Below are positions 41,367 to 49,337 of a stretch of DNA of 64,000 nucleotides, one piece after another. The notes under the pieces were generated by a model that made no database searches, was not told the origin of the DNA, and saw nothing but the letters and a program-made list of their open reading frames with translations. The translations under genes were made by a program, and so were the position numbers. Position 1 is the stretch's first letter; each line of letters begins with the position of its first letter. The DNA lies in assembly GCA_000146465.1 (NCBI GenBank), contig CP001951.1. One strand, written 5' to 3'.

Positions 41367-41534
41367 CTATGGGCACGAACTCCTTCTTCTCTCTTATACT
41401 TCCGGACATCCAATTACTGGTTGACAGGTACAGAGACAAACAAGTATTTCAAGCCTCCTATGAAGAGGCCAATAAAACCGGGTTCGATTGGTCTTCTATC
41501 CCTCTACTGCAAATAAAAAAATTCCTAGAGGCCT

Positions 41535-42464
41535 TTGCAGATGGAAGGAATCAGGTTTGCTGATGTGCTACAATCCTTTGAAAAGAAAACAGAAGATGGC
41601 GAATATGTGAGTGTGGAAAGAGATTACAACGAAAGAAAGGTGATAGAAAACGATGTCAAGCGCACAGAGCTGCTGGGTGTGGACAAGAGGAATCAGGAGG
41701 CAATTAAGATTCTGAAGAGGCTGCTTTTTGTGGAGCTAGACAAGATTCCAGTTAAGTACACACAGGGGATGAGTGAGGTTGCGTCTGTGTTTGTCCTCTA
41801 CTACTTTCAGGAAATTGTTGAGGAAGAAGTGGCCAAGGGAATGTTTATCGCCGAGCGGGAAGAGAAGCCTGAGGGAGAAGCTTCGACGGCGGAAGGCTTT
41901 TCGGAGCATTTTATTGAGCTACCTGAAGAGGAAACCACAGAGCTTAAGAAATTTCTTTCAAGGCACAAGGACATAATAGCCAAGCTTGGGGTGGTGCTTA
42001 CAAACGTGTTCAAAAGAAAGCTGGAGCCATTAGTTGCAAACGACTTCAAGCTGTACAAGGAGAATATGAAGATATTTGTGGAGATGATGAAGAAGCGGGG
42101 AGTGAAGATTCCAGAGCTGGAAAGCTACAAGTTCATGGGATCTATTCTGACGTTTTTCTTAAGAAACCTGACGAAGATGGAGGATGTCCACAAGGTGTTT
42201 GAAATAATCTTGTCATGTCCCAACACCTGCCCGTTTCTTTTGTTAGTACTTTTTTATGGCCAGATCTCGAGTGGCAAGGCTATAGAGAGTATAAATAACA
42301 AGCTGTTCCCGAAGGTGGTTAAGCTTGAGGAAGAGTTTATTGAGACTCGGAAAAGAATCGAAAGCAAGGAGGTTTGCCCTTCAAAAAGGAAAATCATGCT
42401 GATAGGCGGAGTTATTAGTATAATCACCGCGGTTGTTGTGTATAAGATAACAAGAAAGGAATAA
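41535..42464 (+). CDS. TBC-domain Rab GTPase-activating protein with a C-terminal TM anchor
   Basis: The arginine-finger motif IENDVKRT (IxxDxxR) and the glutamine-finger region YTQGMSEVASVF (YxQ) are present. The C-terminus is hydrophobic (IMLIGGVISIITAVVVY). Confidence 0.55.
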   Translation: MQMEGIRFADVLQSFEKKTEDGEYVSVERDYNERKVIENDVKRTELLGVDKRNQEAIKILKRLLFVELDKIPVKYTQGMSEVASVFVLYYFQEIVEEEVAKGMFIAEREEKPEGEASTAEGFSEHFIELPEEETTELKKFLSRHKDIIAKLGVVLTNVFKRKLEPLVANDFKLYKENMKIFVEMMKKRGVKIPELESYKFMGSILTFFLRNLTKMEDVHKVFEIILSCPNTCPFLLLVLFYGQISSGKAIESINNKLFPKVVKLEEEFIETRKRIESKEVCPSKRKIMLIGGVISIITAVVVYKITRKE

Positions 42465-42520
42465 AGCCTTTTTCTCAAGTGCTGTTTGTCTTATAAACAA
42501 AAGAATTTTGTATGTATCAA

Positions 42521-42955
42521 GCCATGGCGGGTAGACAAAAATCAAATCAAGTTGACACCATTATTTAATCCCAAGAGTCTTGTCAATCTCCTCTGCAAAG
42601 TACTTCTCCACAAGCGCCCTTTTCTTCTTCGCTGTCGGCGTAAGCAGATCCGCGCCCTCAAAACTCTCAAACCCACGCCGCAGCACAACAACCTTCGACG
42701 GAATCTCAAGCCTCGTGATCCTCCTCTGCTTCACCAGCTTCTCTCCAACCTCCCGCAGGTGCTCCATAATCTCCTTCTCACTCCTCTTCTCGTCAGGACA
42801 CACAACAATCGCAATTATCCTCTCGCTCTCAGACCTCCGTGGAATAAACACATCCTGTATAATGTCTCCGTCAATGTACAGCGTCTCAAGCTTCTCAGGG
42901 TCAATGTACTCCCCCTGTGCAGTCTTGAATCCATCCTTCAGATGCCCAATCCCAG
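42521..42955. repeat. Left arm of a ~435-bp near-identical inverted repeat (a copy of the acyl-CoA synthetase 3' end plus about 40 bp of its 3' flank)
   Basis: The reverse complement of 42521..~42955 matches 46475..46910 nearly base for base, for example gccatggcgggtagacaaaaatcaaatcaagttgacacc at both outer ends. The encoded peptide LKDGFKTAQGEYIDPEKLETLYIDGDIIQDVFIPRRSESERIIAIVVCPDEK[R/K]SEKEIMEHLREVGEKLVKQRRITRLEIPSKV[V/I]VLRRGFESFEGADLLTPTAKKKRALVEKYFAEEIDKTLGIK differs at only 2 aa. Confidence 0.8.
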
Positions 42956-44651
42956 AAATCACCTTACTTATAGATATAGCCAAAATATCATCCGCATAGC
43001 TGCTCTTCCATTCAAGTATAACCTCCTGTCCAGACAGCTTGACATGGATGTTTCCAATCATAAGCCCAGACTCCACCTCAACAAGCTCCTCAAACCCATC
43101 CATAAGCACTTGCTTCAACAATACCCCTGTCGAGTTGTATGGGATCCTTTGCCTCTCGTATATGCTCATCTCCTTGTATTTAGATTCCATCAAATCGTCT
43201 CTCTTGTATATCCTAATGTCGTTCTCTGTCCCTACGATAATCCCCTCAAATTCCCCCTCAGCATTGGTAAATATTTTAGCCTCATTATCCTTGACTAGAT
43301 CAAATCCTGCCTCTTCTCCATTCCGTAGAGTATAAAGCTCCATCTCAATCCCTTTCTTTTCGTTTCTCTGCTGAATCACATTCCTGAGTCTCTGCATCTC
43401 ATTCATCTCTCCATGCACAAAGAAGAGGTGCCGAGGTTGGCATTCTTCAATGAACTGGCTATTTTGTGTAAAATCCACATGCGCACTGAATGAGATGTAT
43501 TCCACCGACATGTTAAGCCGAAGCCTCTTTCCATTCAACGCCTCTATCTCCTTGGGCTCGCTGAGTATCTCCTTTGCAAGTGTTCCGTCTACACAGTATC
43601 CAGGTATTATCACGGCATTCTTACTGTCCGAACACCATCGCTCAAAGAGATCTCTTGAAAGCCCGCTCTGCAGCATTCCCGGGCTGGCCATGATCACACA
43701 TGGACCCTCATCATCAAAAGAGTCTATTCCCTTCAGATTCTTGACATATTTGAATGCAAACGGGTTTCGGACCAAGCTTAGTTTTTGAATCCTCTCGTTC
43801 ATCATTCCTATGTAGGTCTGATATACCCCCATACACCTTTTTGCCAATGCAGATGCATAGTAGATTGGGATCTTCTGCAGAGAAGCATTTGAGCTCCAAT
43901 GTTCCTCAAGAATAAGAAGAAGCTCCTGTGCCCTTCCAAGAGCAAACACCGGAAGTAGACATCTCCCCCCTCTTTGAACAACATTCTGAACAATGCTTGT
44001 AAATCGGCCCTCCCTCTCTGATCTCGGAAGATGGCATTGCACTCCATATGTCGATTCCGTTATAAGTGCATCGATTTTGCATCCAGGAGACTCTGCAGCC
44101 TTAAGATGTCTGTCTTCTTCCCTACTGAAATCCCCGGTATAAAGAATCTTGCTCTTCTCTATTTCAACCAAAAACATGGCTGCCCCTAGTACATGCCCTG
44201 CATTCAATGCCTTAACCTTAATCCCCTTCACATTGACTTCTTGATGGTAATCGATAGGTATGATTCTGTCGTAGCATTTAACCAGGTCTGTTTCGGTGTA
44301 GAAGTCTGCATCCGATGCTGCATTGATCAGCCGGATATAATCGTTCAGAAGCCATTTAAGAATGGCCTTTGTAGGATGTGTCATATAAACCTTTCCTTTG
44401 AAGCTTGTCTTTTCCGTTAGAAACGGCAGTGCCGCTGCATGGTCTAGGTGGAAGTGTGTAACAAATATGGCATCGATCTTCGAAAGATCTACAAGATCCA
44501 GAAAAGGAAGGGATGCCACGCCGGTGTATGCCGGATGAACCCCGCAGTCCAGCATTATAGTCCTGCCCCCACACTCGACAATAACGCATGATCTTCCAAC
44601 TTCGTTTCCTGCCCCAAGAGGCATCACTTTTATCTTCTCGCTAGAGAACAT
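42561..44651 (-). CDS. YSH1: Cleavage and polyadenylation specificity factor 73-kDa endonuclease (CPSF73/Ysh1) with a chimeric C-terminus derived from the acyl-CoA synthetase tail
   Basis: Metallo-beta-lactamase (VTHFHLDHAAALPF, HxHxDH), beta-CASP and RMMBL regions are present (IKVMPLGAGNEVGRSCVIVECGGRTIMLDCGVHP...). The last ~140 codons (42561..~42955) are the inverted-repeat copy of the acyl-CoA synthetase C-terminus. Confidence 0.8.
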   Translation of the reverse strand: MFSSEKIKVMPLGAGNEVGRSCVIVECGGRTIMLDCGVHPAYTGVASLPFLDLVDLSKIDAIFVTHFHLDHAAALPFLTEKTSFKGKVYMTHPTKAILKWLLNDYIRLINAASDADFYTETDLVKCYDRIIPIDYHQEVNVKGIKVKALNAGHVLGAAMFLVEIEKSKILYTGDFSREEDRHLKAAESPGCKIDALITESTYGVQCHLPRSEREGRFTSIVQNVVQRGGRCLLPVFALGRAQELLLILEEHWSSNASLQKIPIYYASALAKRCMGVYQTYIGMMNERIQKLSLVRNPFAFKYVKNLKGIDSFDDEGPCVIMASPGMLQSGLSRDLFERWCSDSKNAVIIPGYCVDGTLAKEILSEPKEIEALNGKRLRLNMSVEYISFSAHVDFTQNSQFIEECQPRHLFFVHGEMNEMQRLRNVIQQRNEKKGIEMELYTLRNGEEAGFDLVKDNEAKIFTNAEGEFEGIIVGTENDIRIYKRDDLMESKYKEMSIYERQRIPYNSTGVLLKQVLMDGFEELVEVESGLMIGNIHVKLSGQEVILEWKSSYADDILAISISKVISGIGHLKDGFKTAQGEYIDPEKLETLYIDGDIIQDVFIPRRSESERIIAIVVCPDEKRSEKEIMEHLREVGEKLVKQRRITRLEIPSKVVVLRRGFESFEGADLLTPTAKKKRALVEKYFAEEIDKTLGIK

Positions 44652-44722
44652 TCTAGGGCGATCAGAGCAAGTTGAATTTCTTGCAACTGGTTTCTTTCAG
44701 AATAAAAGATAAATGTAGAAGT

Positions 44723-44742
44723 CTATTCATATTAATGAATAG
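44723..44742. promoter_or_regulatory. Perfect 8-bp hairpin with a 4-nt loop in the divergent CPSF73/acyl-CoA-synthetase promoter
   Basis: ctattcat-atta-atgaatag (44723..44742), inside the 147-bp AT-rich spacer 44652..44798. Confidence 0.2.
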
Positions 44743-44798
44743 TATTACTATAAGCAGTAAATTGGAAACTATATAATAATAAATGTTATACAATTAGG

Positions 44799-46868
44799 AT
44801 GGGAACAATCAGGTTTATATCTATAATCTCTTTTCTTAGTGATATGATGATTTGGTGCATTGATGGACCTGGTAAAGAAGCCAAGGATAATCTTAAGGCT
44901 CCTCTATTGACAAGTGATAATAAGCCCAATGATTTTAAGGCATCACCTATTCCATGTAGTGAAAGTACCGTTAGAATGTCTCGTTTCAAGGATATGATGA
45001 ACAGAATAAGGATTATGGAAGATGGATCTGTGCAACACGTCAACTTCCAGAGAGATGTTGTGTGTACCCCAGACGGCTCAAAAACCATCCTCGAGCTCCT
45101 TCTCTCGCGCTGTGCAACAATGGGCAACGAGCCCTTCCTCGGCACAATCGTCGGCAACAAGGTCAAGTACAAGACTGCAAACGACATCCGCAGAGAGGCA
45201 GAGGGCCTTGCCTCGTTCCTGGCACAGACCACAAGCCCCGGAGACATGGTGGGCATCTACTCTGTCAACAGATACGAGTGGATAGTTGCCGAGATGGCAA
45301 CTTACATGTGCGGATGCACCAATGTCCCCCTGTACTCCATGTTCTCGCCCGAGAACGTCCAGATGATTCTGAAGGAGACGGGGATGAAGGTGTGTGTTGC
45401 GTCTCGGGAAAAGGCCGAGCAGCTGGTTGAGACTGTGCTGGAGGGCAGGGAGACGATGCTCGAGCACATTGTGCTGATGGACAAGGCGCCCGAGCTGGTG
45501 GCGAGGCTTGAGAATGCCGGGCTGCGGGGACATTACCTCAAGGAAGTGATTTCTCATCGGGGAGGGATAACCAAGGAAAGGTACTCGAAGGGGGAGGATC
45601 TTGCAACGATATGCTATACAAGCGGGACATCTGGGTGTCCCAAGGGGGTGATGCTGACACACCGGAACTTTATCTCTGGGGTTTCTGGGATATTCCGTGG
45701 GTCTCGGAAGGAAGAGATGGTGTCTCTTGACAAGGAGGATGTGTATCTGTCGTACCTGCCGCTAGCACATGTGATGGAGAGGATATGTGTCAACATCTCG
45801 ATGGCATATGGGTGCAAGATAGTGTTCTACAGGGGGAACATGAAGGAGATCAAGGAGGACTATCTTGTGGCGAAGCCGACATTTATTATTTCTGTGCCGC
45901 GGGTGCTGAATCTGTTCAAGGACAAGATTGAGGAGAAGGTGAGGCAGAAGAACTTTGTGCTGCGATGGATTTTCCGGGGGGCCCTCCGGTACAAGATGTG
46001 GAGAGTGGGGCGAGGAGAGCTGAAGAGCAAGTTTGCAGACTGGCTTGTGTTCAACAGGATTGCAAAGGAGTTTGGAGGGCGGATTTCGCGGATTCTGTGT
46101 GGGTCTGCACCTCTTCGGAAGGAAGTTCTGGTGTACATGCAGGCTGTGCTCTCGTGCCGGATTATCCAAGGATATGGGCAGACGGAGAATGTAGGGTCGG
46201 GGATTGTGCAGCCGCTGGACACGAACCTGTACGACAATGTTGGGATTCCCTTTCCGTCGAACGAGGTGAAGCTTGGAGAGATACCAGCGGAGCTTGGGAG
46301 CGAGTATGGGCGCCGGTATCCTGGAAGGAAGTTTGGAGAGATTCTGTTGCGCGGGGACAATGTGACGCAGGGGTACTTCAAGAGGCCTGAGGAGACGGCG
46401 GAGCTGTTTACTAAGGACGGGTGGCTCCGGACGGGGGACATTGGGATGTTTGATGTGTCGACGGGGATGTTTTCTGTGATTGGGCGTCTGAAGGATGGAT
46501 TCAAGACTGCACAGGGGGAGTACATTGACCCTGAGAAGCTTGAGACGCTGTACATTGACGGAGACATTATACAGGATGTGTTTATTCCACGGAGGTCTGA
46601 GAGCGAGAGGATAATTGCGATTGTTGTGTGTCCTGACGAGAAGAAGAGTGAGAAGGAGATTATGGAGCACCTGCGGGAGGTTGGAGAGAAGCTGGTGAAG
46701 CAGAGGAGGATCACGAGGCTTGAGATTCCGTCGAAGGTTATTGTGCTGCGGCGTGGGTTTGAGAGTTTTGAGGGCGCGGATCTGCTTACGCCGACAGCGA
46801 AGAAGAAAAGGGCGCTTGTGGAGAAGTACTTTGCAGAGGAGATTGACAAGACTCTTGGGATTAAATAA
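44799..46868 (+). CDS. Long-chain fatty-acid-CoA ligase (acyl-CoA synthetase, AMP-binding family)
   Basis: AMP-binding motif ICYTSGTSGCPKGVMLTHRNFISG, the ACSL linker and gate region, YGQTENVG, and the C-terminal lid GWLRTGDIGMFD...IGRLKDGFKTAQGEYIDPEKLE typical of ACSL. The first ~70 codons are AT-rich with a TM-like segment; the true start may be an internal ATG. The body from ~45030 is markedly GC-rich. Confidence 0.8.
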   Translation: MGTIRFISIISFLSDMMIWCIDGPGKEAKDNLKAPLLTSDNKPNDFKASPIPCSESTVRMSRFKDMMNRIRIMEDGSVQHVNFQRDVVCTPDGSKTILELLLSRCATMGNEPFLGTIVGNKVKYKTANDIRREAEGLASFLAQTTSPGDMVGIYSVNRYEWIVAEMATYMCGCTNVPLYSMFSPENVQMILKETGMKVCVASREKAEQLVETVLEGRETMLEHIVLMDKAPELVARLENAGLRGHYLKEVISHRGGITKERYSKGEDLATICYTSGTSGCPKGVMLTHRNFISGVSGIFRGSRKEEMVSLDKEDVYLSYLPLAHVMERICVNISMAYGCKIVFYRGNMKEIKEDYLVAKPTFIISVPRVLNLFKDKIEEKVRQKNFVLRWIFRGALRYKMWRVGRGELKSKFADWLVFNRIAKEFGGRISRILCGSAPLRKEVLVYMQAVLSCRIIQGYGQTENVGSGIVQPLDTNLYDNVGIPFPSNEVKLGEIPAELGSEYGRRYPGRKFGEILLRGDNVTQGYFKRPEETAELFTKDGWLRTGDIGMFDVSTGMFSVIGRLKDGFKTAQGEYIDPEKLETLYIDGDIIQDVFIPRRSESERIIAIVVCPDEKKSEKEIMEHLREVGEKLVKQRRITRLEIPSKVIVLRRGFESFEGADLLTPTAKKKRALVEKYFAEEIDKTLGIK

Positions 46869-46910
46869 TGGTGTCAACTTGATTTGATTTTTGTCTACCC
46901 GCCATGGCTC
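46475..46910. repeat. Right arm of the ~435-bp inverted repeat (native acyl-CoA synthetase 3' end plus 3' flank)
   Basis: See the left arm. This copy is in its native ACSL coding context, where the C-terminal lid domain is canonical, so it is the likely source copy. Confidence 0.8.
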
Positions 46911-46941
46911 TGATAATTTTTGTCTACCTTAAAACCCTGAA

Positions 46942-49248
46942 ATGGAAAATTCGTTGAATAGCAAAAGAGTCAAATCGGAGAAGCTTAAAATAGATATGGT
47001 CCGAGGCCAAATAGAAGAATACACCAATCTTCTCAAGCTCCAACATGTAAATGTCGATGAGCTGATGGAAAAGATAGCGTCTGGATGGTGCGAAGACATG
47101 ACCAGAAAGGAAATTGTAGATTACTGTAGTGAAACCGCAGCCTCGATGATCACCAAACATCCTGAGTATGGATGGATCTCGTCCCGAATCATTGTCTCAT
47201 ATATCCACGATATCACCATGGATTCTTTTGTTGAAAAGATCAAATACATACAAAAGTACCAGGGAACGATTTCTGAAGAGATGTACAAGATAATAGTGGA
47301 GAATGCAGAAATAATTGATTCGATTATAGACTACGAAAAAGATTTCCTTTTCAACTACTTTGGAATACTTACCTTGATGAAATCTTATCTGATAAAGGTG
47401 GGGGAGGAGATTGTTGAAAGACCCCAGGATGTATTTATGAGGACAGCCCTTCAAGTCCATAAGTCTGACTTTGGGAAGGTCAAGGAGACATATGAAATGC
47501 TGTCAAGACACTACTTTACCCATGCAACACCGACCTTGTACAATTCATGTCTCAAGGAAGCACAATTGGCCAGCTGTTTTCTCATAACACCTCGGGAAGA
47601 TTCGATTGAGGGGGTATACCACATGATCAACCAAACGGCAATTATAACTAAGTACTCTGGGGGCATAGGACTCAATCTTCATGGGATTAGGTCGAAGGGA
47701 AGCCCTCTGAAAAGAACTGGGGGAAAGAGTAATGGAATCATTCCGCTGATCCAGGTTTTGAATGCCACAAAGAGATACATCAATCAGGGTGCCGAAAGAA
47801 GACCCGGGTCGATAGCCATTTATCTTGAGCCTTGGCATATGGAGATATTTGACTTTCTGGACCTTAGGAAGAACACAGGCCCTGAGGAATTCCGGGCAAG
47901 GGACATCTTCATTGCACTATGGATCAACGATCTATTTATGGAAAGGGTCAAGAACAATGAGGAATGGTCGTTGTTTTGCCCTAGCCAGGCTGTTGGGCTG
48001 AATGAGACATGGGGAGAGGAGTTCAATGCCTTGTACTGCAAGTACGAGAAGACAATCAGCAGGACGGTGGTTCCTGCGCAAAAGTTGTGGAAGGCCATAA
48101 TCGAGGCGCAGATCGAAACCGGAACACCTTACATGTGTTATAAGGATGCATGCAACAGACTTAGCAATCAGCAGCATCTTGGAACTATTAAATCATCGAA
48201 CCTTTGTGCAGAGATAGTTGAATATTCCTCTGGAGAAGAGACCTCGGTGTGTAATCTTGGATCTATTTCTCTTCCTATGTTTGTCAAGAACAAGAAGTTT
48301 GACTTTGAATCTCTTAAAGACGTGGTCCGGATACTTACAATCAACCTCAACAAGGTGATCGACTTCAACTACTATCCTGTGGAAGAGTCCAAGAGATCGA
48401 ATATGAAGCACCGGCCGATCGGAATAGGAGTGCAGGGTCTAGCAGATTTGTTTGCAATTCTAAGGCTTCCGTTTGATAGCGATGAGGCCCGTAATCTGAA
48501 CAAAGACATCTTTGAGACGATGTACTATTCGGCACTGGAGACCTCGTGCAAGTTGGCCGAGAAAGAGGGGCCGTTTGAGTCATATGAAGGATCTCCCATA
48601 AGTAAAGGGATCTTTCACTTTGAGCTGGCAGGCAAGAAGGCTTCCAACAACTGGGACTGGGAAGGGCTTCGGGAAAGAATTAAGAAGTATGGAACCCGGA
48701 ATAGCCTTCTGATTGCGCTAATGCCGACTGCAGGAACGTCGCAGATCTTTGGAAACAACGAGACATTTGAGCCGTTCATATCGAACATATATACCAGGAG
48801 AACACATGCTGGGGAATTTCAGATTGTTAATAAACATCTGATTAACGATCTTTCCGAGCTGGGGCTGTGGTCATATGAGATGAAGAACCTGATTATTGAA
48901 AACGAAGGATCTATCCAGAACATCACAACGATTCCAAAAAAGATCAGAGACATATACAAGACAGCATGGGAAATAAAGATGAAGGCTGTGATAGACCTGG
49001 CGGCGGATAGACAGGTGTTTGTTGACCAATCGCAGTCTTTGAACGTCTTTGTGGCAAAGCCGACCTACTCACAGCTCACATCGATGCACTTCTACGGATA
49101 TCATTGCGGTCTGAAGACGGGAATGTACTATTTGAGAACAAGGCCGATAACATCTGCAATCAAGTTTACAGTGGACAAGAAGCTTGCAGAGAAAACCTTA
49201 TCCTCCATGAATGATACGGACGAGCCCTGTTCGATGTGCTCCTCTTGA
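46942..49248 (+). CDS. RNR1: Ribonucleoside-diphosphate reductase large subunit (RNR1)
   Basis: ATP-cone N-terminus. ATPTLYNSCL, CFLITPREDSIEGVY, KYSGGIGLNLHGIRSKGS, NGIIPLIQVLNATKRYINQG and the C-terminal CxxC tail (CSMCSS). Confidence 0.9.
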   Translation: MENSLNSKRVKSEKLKIDMVRGQIEEYTNLLKLQHVNVDELMEKIASGWCEDMTRKEIVDYCSETAASMITKHPEYGWISSRIIVSYIHDITMDSFVEKIKYIQKYQGTISEEMYKIIVENAEIIDSIIDYEKDFLFNYFGILTLMKSYLIKVGEEIVERPQDVFMRTALQVHKSDFGKVKETYEMLSRHYFTHATPTLYNSCLKEAQLASCFLITPREDSIEGVYHMINQTAIITKYSGGIGLNLHGIRSKGSPLKRTGGKSNGIIPLIQVLNATKRYINQGAERRPGSIAIYLEPWHMEIFDFLDLRKNTGPEEFRARDIFIALWINDLFMERVKNNEEWSLFCPSQAVGLNETWGEEFNALYCKYEKTISRTVVPAQKLWKAIIEAQIETGTPYMCYKDACNRLSNQQHLGTIKSSNLCAEIVEYSSGEETSVCNLGSISLPMFVKNKKFDFESLKDVVRILTINLNKVIDFNYYPVEESKRSNMKHRPIGIGVQGLADLFAILRLPFDSDEARNLNKDIFETMYYSALETSCKLAEKEGPFESYEGSPISKGIFHFELAGKKASNNWDWEGLRERIKKYGTRNSLLIALMPTAGTSQIFGNNETFEPFISNIYTRRTHAGEFQIVNKHLINDLSELGLWSYEMKNLIIENEGSIQNITTIPKKIRDIYKTAWEIKMKAVIDLAADRQVFVDQSQSLNVFVAKPTYSQLTSMHFYGYHCGLKTGMYYLRTRPITSAIKFTVDKKLAEKTLSSMNDTDEPCSMCSS

Positions 49249-49337
49249 TTAAACTTCGTTGCTTTCTTTTCAGCCTTGTTTTTCTGTTTGAACGCCGTAC
49301 CTCCAGCAGATGTATTGAGGAGCTTTAAAACCCATAG

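Noticed and set aside
41470-41495. ccgggttcgattggtc, resembling a tRNA T-loop (GGTTCGATT)
   Set aside because: The flanking bases do not form a T-stem or acceptor stem, and no other tRNA arms are nearby. It is a chance match. No tRNA genes were found in the window.
45762-46877. Minus-strand ORFs of 371 and 329 aa overlapping the acyl-CoA synthetase
   Set aside because: They are antisense to a gene with clear ACSL motifs. These open antisense frames arise from the high GC content of this block. The Pro/Arg/His-rich translations have no family resemblance.
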